A DNA stretch of 64,000 nt, from contig OZ251222.1 of NCBI GenBank assembly GCA_965240325.2, positions 1,674,001-1,738,000 on the forward strand. The letters are read 5' to 3'. The DNA comes from Rebecca billardiae RCC1528 (lineage: Eukaryota > Protista > Haptophyta). Positions 54,801 through 64,000 of the stretch are shown piece after piece. The translations under genes and the position numbers were made by a program. The first letter of the stretch is position 1; each line of letters starts with the position of its first letter. The notes beneath the pieces were generated by a model. The model ran no database searches, was not told where the DNA came from, and saw only the letters and a list, made by a program, of their open reading frames with translations.

Positions 54801-55236
54801 TGCGCGCAGCGCGGCTGCGCACACAACGCGCGTGCGAGCTCGCGTGCACCCCCGGCGCCGCCGCCCGGCTGTCGGATCTTATTACGCGCCGCTCTGCCTC
54901 AGCTGCGTCGCCGTTCACACTGAGCCGAGCACTTGGCAGTCGGCTGACTCGCCAGTGTGACTCGGCTGCACGGCGCATGCACCGTCCGACCGTCCGACCG
55001 TGTCGTCACAAGCCGGCTGCTAGGGCCGTGCGCCCTCAACGTCGTTGTTCACTACCCGAAGATCGGCGTAGCCGATCATATAGCGCTCCTCAGTCGTCGA
55101 TATCTATAATACTTCTGCTGGGCCATGCCCGAATCCCGCTGAGGCCCATGCCGGCATGGCGGCATTGGCCGGGCATTCCGCTACTGAGGCCTACTGTACC
55201 CCCTGCTTGCAGACAGTTGCTGTTCGGCGGGGGCGC

Positions 55237-56394
55237 TCACTTCCACTGCATCCACGACGGGACCGTCGCGCCGGGCGGCAGCTGCGCGTTTATGCTGGAG
55301 GGCTTGTACGCCACCTCAATGGGGCGGAAGGGCGCGCCGACCTCGCTGCCTGCGCCGACGTGCGTCCCATCCGCGCCGCACACGCCCGCCGCGCCATCGC
55401 CATCCGGCGGGTCGGCCGCGCAGTCGGCGCCTGTGCCGCCGCTCGCCAGCGCGCCGTCCGAGCTCGGCTCGGCCGCCTGGCGCTGAGACGGCTCGGCAGG
55501 CCCGGGCGTCTCCCAGCGCCTCGCAACCTGTGCCGGCACGCGCTGCTTCTGCCAGTCGTCCATGTGATGGTCGAAGGGGAAGTCGAGCCCAACGCGCGTG
55601 GCGCGTGCGCACGGCGCGTCGAGCACGGAGCGGTGCGCGGCCGAGGCGTCGAGCTCGTGCGCCATGCGCGCAAGCAGGTTGGGGTCCGTGGCGGGGAGCA
55701 CAAGCGGAGCCTCGTCGGACTCCTCCGTCTTCACCACCGTCCAGAAGTTCGCGAGCAGCGTGAGGCGCGCCCCCTGCCCCGCCGCCTGCGCGGGCGGGTG
55801 CACCACTCCGTGGTAGAGGTCCCCTTGGAACGCGAGCAGACGGTTGGTGCGCGCCGGCACGAGCACGACCTCCGAGGGGATGGGCGGCTGCATCTGCGTG
55901 GCGCCGAAGGTCTGGTTGAAGACGACCGTGGGCCCGCCCGCGCCCGCCTGCACGTAGAACACCGTCGCGACGACCGCGTGCCGGCAGCGCTCGCCGCGCT
56001 TCTGCGCCTCGTTGCACAGCAGCGTGTCCGTGTCCGCGTGGTACTCCTTCGGGTCGGACGGCAGCCGGTTCTGCACCCACCAGTCGACGCCGACGAGCTC
56101 GTCGAGGACCGATCCGAACTCGCGCAGCACGATCGGCGCGTACGCCACGATGGCGCGCTCGATCGGCGTGCGCGGCGGGTACGGCGTGCTGCCGTCGCGG
56201 CCGATCGAGAGCCACCGCGTCCTGCGGCGGCCTGGGACGCTGGCGATGGTGCCCTCGTGCTGCAGCAGGCGGTCGTGCAAGATGCGCAGGACCGCCGGGT
56301 CGAGCACGTCGTCGAAGACGCCGTACGACGCCGCCGCGACGGACGCGCACCACCACAGCGTCAACATCGGCCAGGCGCCGCGACCGGCCGCCAT
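55237..56394 (-). CDS. Secreted 2OG-Fe(II) oxygenase superfamily protein
   Basis: Signal-like N-terminus; HxD 'YHADTD', 'VFY..GGPTVVF', 'NRLLAFQGDLYHGV', 'RLTLLANFW'. Confidence 0.75.
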   Translation of the reverse strand: MAAGRGAWPMLTLWWCASVAAASYGVFDDVLDPAVLRILHDRLLQHEGTIASVPGRRRTRWLSIGRDGSTPYPPRTPIERAIVAYAPIVLREFGSVLDELVGVDWWVQNRLPSDPKEYHADTDTLLCNEAQKRGERCRHAVVATVFYVQAGAGGPTVVFNQTFGATQMQPPIPSEVVLVPARTNRLLAFQGDLYHGVVHPPAQAAGQGARLTLLANFWTVVKTEESDEAPLVLPATDPNLLARMAHELDASAAHRSVLDAPCARATRVGLDFPFDHHMDDWQKQRVPAQVARRWETPGPAEPSQRQAAEPSSDGALASGGTGADCAADPPDGDGAAGVCGADGTHVGAGSEVGAPFRPIEVAYKPSSINAQLPPGATVPSWMQWK

Positions 56395-56443
56395 AGGCGT
56401 CTCGGGGAGTCGTGGTCCGTCCACTTGACACTTGCCAAAGATC

Positions 56444-59400
56444 ATGGCAGCGCGCGCGGCGGTCGCCGCCACTCTGGTGCTCGTGAGCTCGGCATACCCC
56501 ACCAAGTACGAGCTCCTCCCATACGAGTCCGTCGCCGACGCGCGCGCGGTCGTCGTCGCGGGATCGGCGCGCTTCACCGTGCTCACGGAGCGGCTCGTAC
56601 GCATGGAGTACGACGAGGCGCGGCGGTTCGAGGACCGGCCGACGCTCTCGGTGGTGAACCGCAAGCTGCACGTGCCCGCGTTCGTCGTCTCCCGCGCGCG
56701 CGCCAAGGCCGACGCCGTCCGCGTCACCACGCAACACTTTGAGCTGGTGTATGCCGGCGGGCTATTTGGCGCGGACACGCTGCGCATCGGGCCGGCGGCG
56801 GGCGCGGCGCACTTCGAGCGCTGGCACTTTGGCATGGTGTCCGAGCGCGACCCGCTCAACCTGCGCGGAACGATCCGCACGCTCGACGGGCTCAACAACG
56901 TGTCGCTCGACTGCGCGCGCCACGAGCCGTCCGCGCACTGCCAGCCCGGCCTCGTCTCGCGCTCCGGCTGGGCGCTGCTCGACGACACGGCCGCGCCTGT
57001 GCTGGACGAGGCGCACGCATGGTGGACGGACGCGTCGGGCGCGCTGCTCCGCTCGCGCTCGGCGCACGACCTCTACCTGTTCGCGCACGGCCGCGCGTAC
57101 GAGGGCGCGCTGCACGACTTCTCGCGAATCGGCGGCGCGATCCCTCTGATCCCGAGGCGCAATCTCGGCGTGTGGTTCACGCGCTGGTACGACTACGACG
57201 CAAGCGCGGTGCGCGCGGTGGTGGACGGCTGGGCGGAGGAAGGGCTGCCGCTCGACGTCTTCGTGTTCGACATGAACTGGCACACCAAGCACGACTGGAC
57301 CGGGTACAGCTGGGACCGGACCCTCTACCCGCGCCCGGAGGACACGCTCGCAGACCTGCGCGCGCGCGGGCTCGCGGTCGCGGGGAATCTTCACGACGCG
57401 AACGGCGTGGGCACTTGGGAGGAGGGGTATGAGGCGCTGTGCGCGCAGCTCGGGCTCGACCCGTCCGCGCCGCCCGCGCCGAAGGGCGTGCCCCTCGACC
57501 TGCGCAACCGCTCGTACCTCGCCGCCCTCGACGACCAGCTGCTGAGGCCGCTCGAAACGGCAGGCGTTGACTTTTGGTGTGAGCGAGCGCGCGCGCCCGG
57601 GCGCGCGCGCGCGCGGCGCGCGCGCGGGCGGCACGGTGAGCGCGGCGGGCGCGGGGCGTGCGTGTGAGCGGACGGCACGGTGCGCGGCGTGGAGGGCGTC
57701 GGGGGTCGACTTCTGGTGCACACCGCGCCCGGCCGCGCGCGCGCGCGGCTTTGGACGAGCGCTGCTTGCGCGGGCGGGCGGGAAGGTGCGCGGCCCTTAC
57801 CCGTGCGTGCTCCCGGGACATGCGGCTCGCGCGCGCGCGCGCGCAGGTGGATTGACTGGCAGCAGGGCCCGGACAAGGGCGGCACCGGGCAGGACCCGCG
57901 CGGAAGGATGAACCCGACGATCGCGCTCAGCCGCGCGCGCGTCACAAACCACGCGCGGCGCTGCGCTCACGGCCTGCCGTGCACGCGGCGGCGCGGCGTG
58001 ACGCTCGCGCGCTGGGGCGGGCTCGGCTCGCACCGGTACCAGCACGGCTTCTCCGGCGACGTGCAGGTGCTCAGCTGGGCCAACCTCGCGTACCAAGCCT
58101 ACTTCTCCGCGACCGCCAGCAACGTCGGCTACGGCCTGTGGTCGCACGACAGTGCGCGCGCGCACGCGCGCGCGCGCCGCGCCGGCCGAGCCGACGCGCC
58201 CTCCCATGCTGCGCGCGCGCGCCGTGCGCATCTGTCTGCGTGCGCGCAACGCGTGCGCGTCCGCCCCGCCGAGCTGCGCAGAGCCGCACGCCGGCCGGCG
58301 GACGCACGGCGCGCGCGCACGCGCGCACAGCCGCCACTCACGCTCACACGCGCGCCGCCCGCTCCCCCCGCGCGCGCGCGCGCGTGCGCGTGCGCGAGCG
58401 TGTTCGCAGTCGTTGGCCCCGGCTCCGACCCGGAGCTGTTCGTGCGGTGGGTGCAGCTGGGGTCGTACTCGGCGATCCTGCGGCTGCACGAGCGCGGGCT
58501 CTCGGCGGGCTCGTGCTTCGGCTGGCCGACCGAGCCGAGTGGCTGCGCGCTCGTCGAGCCGTTCAAGGCGGCGCGCGCTTACTACGAGCCGATGCGCGCC
58601 GCGCTGCGAGCGCGCGCCGCGCTGGTGCCGTACTTGTACACCGCGGCAGCGGAGGCGCACGCGCGCGGGCTCTCGCTCACGCGGCCGCTCTACTACAGCT
58701 ACCCGGAGGAGCCGTCGGCCTACCCGGCCGACATGGACGCGCTGCTGGGGCAGGACGCGCGCAGTGCGCAGTACATGCTCGGAGGCGATCTGCTTGTCGC
58801 GCCCGTCACGCGGCCGGCCGTGCCGCCGCCCGCGCCGCCGTCGGCGGCGCGCCTGCGCCCGGAGCCCGCCGCCGACCTCGCCGCCGAGCGCGCGGCCGCC
58901 TCGCCCACGCTCGAGCCAAGCGGGCTGGCGCCGATGCGCGTGTGGCTGCCGCCGGGCGCGTGGCTCGAGGAGCCGACGGGCCGGCTGCTCCGAGCACCGG
59001 CGCCCGGCGGGCTGTGGCTGGAGCGCGCGCTGCACTTGACTGAGTACACTGCTTACGTGCGCGGCGGCGCGGCGCTGCCGTCCCTGCCGCCTGCCGGCTC
59101 GCGCGCCGAGCTGCTCGGCGCGGCCGGGCGCGCGTATGCGGCGCTCGAGTTCACCGTCCACCCCGGCGCGGCCGCGGGCGCGGGGGAGGCGTACGAGGAC
59201 GATGGCGACTCCGAGGCCTACTTGCGCGGGCAGTGGGCGCGCACGCGCCTCACATACACCCTCGGCGGCGCGGGCGGCGCGGACGGCGCGTCGGTTGCAG
59301 AGGGCGGCGCGGCAGTTACACACGCCAACATCAGCACGACAGGATGGTACGCTGGCATCCCGAGCGCGCGCGAGTACACCGTCCGGCTTCGGAGCGCGCT

Positions 59401-60040
59401 GCCGGCCGCGAAGGTGGTCGTGGCGCGCGCGGGCGGCGCGCCGAGCCGCGTGGGCTTTGACCGTCTCGCTGGCACGCTCCCCGGTGCCACGTGCGCGCGC
59501 GACTCGTGGTCGTACGACGGCGCGCGGCTCGAGCTGCGCGTGCGGCTGTGCGCCGCGGCGGGCAACACGCGCGCCGGCTTCGTCACCGCGCTCCAGATCG
59601 TGCACGTGCCGGTCCGGGGGTCCGCGCCCGCGGTGCACGCAGAGCTGCTCAACGGGCTGCGCTTTGCGCTCTCGCGCGCGCGCCTCGCCAAGGCCGTGCT
59701 CGACGAGACGCGCAGTGTCCCCGGCGGCAGCCGCACGTGCGCGCGCGGAGCGGGCGGCGCGCTCGGCGCATGCGCCGCGGCGAGCGCGCCGGCGGCGCCG
59801 TCGCCGCCGCAGCCGCAGATCTCGGCCCTCGCGGCGGCGAGCGAGACGCTTGGCGCCCTGGCGGGCGACAATGACAGCGGCGAGGGCTTTGTGGCGCTGG
59901 CAACCCGCGCACGGGCGGAGCTGCTGCCGGGCGCGCGCGCCGAGGTGCAAGCACTCCAGGCAGGCGCCAGCAGTCACGCGCAGTCACTGCGCTTCGCCTT
60001 TGCGCTCGCGCTGCTCGATGGTGCCGTGCAGCTCCCGTGA
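56444..60040 (+). CDS. Secreted glycoside hydrolase family 31 ('WWIDWQQG' type); introns 57577-57846 and 58152-58409
   Basis: Signal peptide; 'RFTVLTERLVRMEY', 'DMNWH..WTGYSW', spliced nucleophile motif 'DFWWIDWQQG', 'GLGSHRY..GFSGD', spliced 'WSHDIVG', 'YEDDG'. Confidence 0.92.
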
Positions 60041-60255
60041 GCCGCGGGCGCCGGCACGACTCCGGAAAAGTCGCTGGCCCGCTGCGGGCCCGTGCGGCCG
60101 TGCGGCGCCCATCACTGCATCAGCATGCATGGGCAGCATATGTGCCGGTACTGGTACATGGTGCCTGGCGGCTGGCAGCGTATCATGGCTGATGATGCTA
60201 TCGATATGTATAGCATCAGCGCTATACCGCCGCCGCGTAATAGTGTCTGAGTAAG

Positions 60256-61590
60256 TTATGACCGCGCGTTCCGCGGTCCTTTTCTGCATGGAATCAACGC
60301 AGTTGGCCAACAGTTGGGGGCCCGCGGTGGCCGTGCAATCGCGGCTCTCCGCCGTAGTGGCAGTTCGCCAGTTGAAGTCGGTTCTGAGATGACTGAAGCT
60401 ATTAGTCCGACCGTCGCCCTGCCTGCGCGACCGCGAGACTCATTCACACTTCACACAATCACAGCAGCGGACCTGAGACGGCACCCGGCACCGGTTGTCA
60501 AATCGGACGTCCGTCTGACTTAACTAGCTGCCAAATGGCCAACTGGCTGATCAGCTCGGATCCGACCCGTCCGCGATCGTACCATCGACATCGGACGTCC
60601 GTCTGACAACTATTACTACTGCTAGTAGCTGCCAAACTGTCCAACTCTGGCTGATCAGCTCGGATCCGACCCCGGACCCGTCCGCGATCGTGCCGAGTGA
60701 GTCGTGCCGCGGAGCTCGGAGTACTGAAGGAGTCGGGTGTGACAGCAGGGTGCTTTAGCGCTGCGGCCCGTGCCAGCCAACGACCAGACGTACTCTGGCC
60801 ACTTGACCCGTTGCACGCAGTGAGTGACCAGGGTACGCCCTGCCCACCGCGCGCGCCGCGCGACTCGCCACTCGGGGTGATGGAGAGCGGATGGCGACAG
60901 CAGCAGCAGTCCTCATGAAGACGATGAAACTGGCGGCACGGGTGCACGAGGTGGCAGGCGAAAGCGCGCCGACGAGACCGCATTTGACACACCTGAGCCG
61001 CACGCGCGTGCCGTCGCCGAGCGGCGAGCGCTGCAAACGCGCAACTCTAAGCTACCGCGCGCGCCACGAGTCGGCCACGACGGCGCGGCACTAGCTGATG
61101 CAGGCCGTACTGCCGGCACTGCTTCTGCGATCATGCGCCACGGTCGCAGCTGACTGCGTGAGCAGCAAGCGGGAGGCGGGTCCGGAGGCACGTGCAGGCG
61201 CGCTCGCAGCCAAGGCCGGTTGGTCGGCCATATCCGCCATCGTGTGCGGTGTGGGCCACGTCACCTCCGATCCGGATGTGGCCCAGTCCGGACGTCACGC
61301 GATCCGGGACGACGAATACGATTCGCTCGTAACGAACCGTTACGCTAAAGTCACGTCCGGCTCACGTCCAGATCGCACTTTACTTAGGGAATATCGTGGG
61401 CGCGCTCTTTTTCGGCCTAATAGACCTCTCTATGCGATATCTCAAAACTCGAAACTCGGTCTCCGCCAGGGCCCTAAAAATCGCCCTCCCGTCCCTGCTT
61501 TTTTCTTGATCAAAGATCTTTTTGAAACGTGGTTCGGGCCCGCAGTGCGGGCTCCACGCTGCGCGCTCCGCCCTGCACCGCGGGCCATAA
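60256..61590 (-). mobile_element. Non-autonomous dispersed repeat, copy 2 (inverted relative to 51476-53118, with an internal deletion)
   Basis: Reverse complement begins ttatggcccgcggtgcagggcggag and ends ccgcggaacgcgcggtcataa; lacks about 52190-52600 of copy 1. Confidence 0.75.
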
Positions 61591-62178
61591 TAATCATATC
61601 CGCGACTTATATGCGGGCCCCTACTATTGTGAGTTAGGGCCGACTTAGGCGACAATGTCAATGGCTGCAGAGAGTGCAGCCTGCCGAGGCAGCAGGGCGG
61701 CAGGGCCACACTCATTCGTGACAGTGATGACCGTGTCGCGGCCCGCCCGGTCACCGTGTTGCCGGCTCGTGGCCGAGTGTGGTCTGTGCCTGTGGACTCA
61801 CGAGTCACGGACACGGTGACGGTTACTGACGGTGGACATCGTGATCGTGTCGGGCGGTCGTCGCGCAACTTGTAAGACCGAAAACTACTGAGTCTGCTGA
61901 GACGGCGCCAAGACGTAACGCTACTCGCGGTCCGAGTGTCACTGATGTCCGCCACTCGCCACTCGCCACTCAGTTCACTCTTAAATGACTGACAAGTGAC
62001 AGTAAACTTGTGAGTGACTCGAGTCTCGACTGGACACTGGTTGAGGTTCGCGGACTCGTTCGGGCGGACGAGGTTGCCGCCACACGGGATTACAGACGGG
62101 CGGGCGGAGCCTCAAGGCGATGTGCGCGCTGGTCAGTGCTGACGGACAGGAGATTTGAGTGATTGCAAGGCCGGGCTT

Positions 62179-62793
62179 TCAGAGTTCCCTGCCTCCCATC
62201 GAGCGCAGGTTGCCATCTGCAAGCGACACGACGATTGCCCACACTGACCAGCCGCCATTGAACGGCGGCCGCATCTCGCGCCGCAGCTGGAAGAGGAAGC
62301 GCCGCGTATCGCACGCGTCTAGGTCGCCACGGGGCGATACCACTGCCACCTGCGAGGCGTACTTTGAGCCATCACCCACGGCGCTCAGCGGCTCGAGCGT
62401 CCAACCTTCGTTGTCGATGAGCCGGCCAATGTCCGACTTGCGCACTCGCGCACGGTACTTTTCAAAGTTGCCGTGCCCGTTGACGGGCGCGCCGCGGTAG
62501 AGGTCATGCGTCCAGTCCCAGAAGCAGCGCACGCCCGAGTCCGTCTCGGGAAAGTTGTTGAGCTTCAGCGCGCGCAGCACGTTCTCCACGACCTCGTCGA
62601 CGGGCACACCCGGGTGCACGCTGCGGACAACGCCCCACTGGTCCACCTCGGCACTCATGCGCACGAGCCCGGCGTGGACGCGCCGGCACTGGTTTGGGTG
62701 AGACTGCCGAGCGCCAACCCCCGATCGTGGAAGGGCTTGGCGCGCGCTCACGCCGAGCGCGGAGACGAGGAACACGCATGCCGCTGCCGCCAT
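62179..62793 (-). CDS. Probably plastid-targeted conserved protein (DUF4864-like)
   Basis: Signal + transit-like N-terminus ending 'VRM'; 'EVVENVLRALKLNNFPETDSGV..W', 'FLFQLRRE..GGWSV'. Confidence 0.65.
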   Translation of the reverse strand: MAAAACVFLVSALGVSARQALPRSGVGARQSHPNQCRRVHAGLVRMSAEVDQWGVVRSVHPGVPVDEVVENVLRALKLNNFPETDSGVRCFWDWTHDLYRGAPVNGHGNFEKYRARVRKSDIGRLIDNEGWTLEPLSAVGDGSKYASQVAVVSPRGDLDACDTRRFLFQLRREMRPPFNGGWSVWAIVVSLADGNLRSMGGREL

Positions 62794-63309
62794 CGCAGTG
62801 ACAGCGCTGATCGCCCCGCGACCGGCCCGGGCGGCGTCTGTCCGAGACCGATGCTACAAACCGTACAACTACAAACGGCCCTTCGGGCAATCGGGCTACA
62901 AGTACAGTATTCAAGCAGTACAAACCACTACTGTATGGGGGTACAGTACTTACTGCTGTTAACAAGAGTATCAAGCTCCGCTAGTATCAGACACCAGTGA
63001 CTCCGCCCGCCTCCAGGACTCTGGACTGCGCGGCCGGTGCGGGTGCCAGCTGCAGGGCTGATAATGAGGAGTGCGGACTGATGAGTAGCCTGACTGAGCG
63101 GACAAGCCTCGGTCCAGCGTCAGCGGTCAGGCGCACGTCGCCACGTGCGGCGGACTGACGGCACTGACGCGGCATCCATTATCCAAACAAAGCCCTGCAC
63201 GTCCACTTTGCAGGCGCGCTGATGCCTGATGCCGATGTCCGTGCCGCGTGCGGTGATGCTGCGCATTCGTGATGAGTGTTGTGCCTCGGGCGCAACGCAC
63301 CACCGCGAC

Positions 63310-64000
63310 TCACGCCGTCGCCACCGCGGCCGCGGCTGCACTGCTCACATCACCGTCTGCCTCGGCATGCACGGCGGCCACGCCCACGCTGCCGTCGGTG
63401 CCCGCGCGCCGCTCGCACTTGTCAGCTGCCGCGCCGGCGACGGCAGCGACTGCTGTCGACTCGTTGACGCGGATGGGCAGCGGAGCGAGTGCCTTTGACG
63501 CGGGAACGGCGCCCTCCACCGACGGGGCCGCCTCGCACACGTCCGCCTGCATCGGCTTCGGCTCATCCGCGCCCTGCGCCTCGGTGCCGTCGGCCGCGGC
63601 CTCGATCGCCTTGGCGGCCGCGTTTGCGAGCTCGAGCGACGCCGCAAAGCCGTTGGCGAACGGCGAGGCCGCCGGGTTGAACCGGACGGAGAAGCGGCCC
63701 GAGCCGCCCGAGCCGCCCGCGGTGCGCGCGACGGGCGTGAGCAGCGAGTCCAGGTTGAGGAAGCCGAGCATCTCGTCCTGGCTCAGCTTGCCCGACGCTG
63801 GCGTCGACGGCGTCGCCGCGCCGAGCAGAGGCGTCCGCCCCGTCGCTCCCACGCGCGCGCCCGACGCCAGCGGCGGCTGCAGCTGCTTCGACGGCCGCGG
63901 CGTCATGCCGGCGGCGTCGCGAGGCGGCGGCGGCATCAGTGCCGCGCGCGCCGCGCCGGGCGTCACCTGCGCGAACGCCGAGCCGCGAGCCTGCGGCGCC
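63310..64000 (-). CDS. 3' end of a gene truncated by the window edge (low-complexity C-terminus)
   Basis: Open frame from the window end to TGA at 63310; host-like codon bias. Confidence 0.65.
   Translation of the reverse strand, partial: APQARGSAFAQVTPGAARAALMPPPPRDAAGMTPRPSKQLQPPLASGARVGATGRTPLLGAATPSTPASGKLSQDEMLGFLNLDSLLTPVARTAGGSGGSGRFSVRFNPAASPFANGFAASLELANAAAKAIEAAADGTEAQGADEPKPMQADVCEAAPSVEGAVPASKALAPLPIRVNESTAVAAVAGAAADKCERRAGTDGSVGVAAVHAEADGDVSSAAAAAVATA

Overview
High-GC eukaryotic nuclear DNA with short GT-AG introns rich in (CG)n runs and an interstitial TTAGGG tract. By style it looks like a haptophyte alga, perhaps Pavlovales/Diacronema-like (inference only). It holds about 17 protein genes: a TPR-FN3-pseudo-nucleoside-hydrolase giant, a GT15+GT-B glycosyltransferase, a METTL21-type methyltransferase, a CDPK, cupin-DUF952, a BolA-led coiled-coil protein, cystathionine beta-lyase, plastid-type EttA, a BT1/MFS transporter, FIG4, a stand-alone granulin peptide, myosin, PhyH-cupin, a 2OG-Fe(II) oxygenase, GH31, a DUF4864-like protein and a partial gene at the window end. 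The centrepiece is a young, full-length 8 kb tyrosine-recombinase retrotransposon (Ngaro/PAT-type split direct repeats A1-gag-RT-RNH-YR-B1-A2-spacer-B2, minus strand, 27188-35147). Its RT and RNase H are out of frame but fuse exactly if a host-style 68-nt GT-AG intron is removed, and its B1/A2 junction forms a nested inverted repeat. Other accessory DNA: a modular repeat array (39.7-40.6 kb), two MITE-like hairpins, and two inverted ~1.3-1.6 kb repeat copies bracketing a head-to-head pair of secreted-enzyme genes. All coordinates and splice sites were read by eye; no database searches were run.
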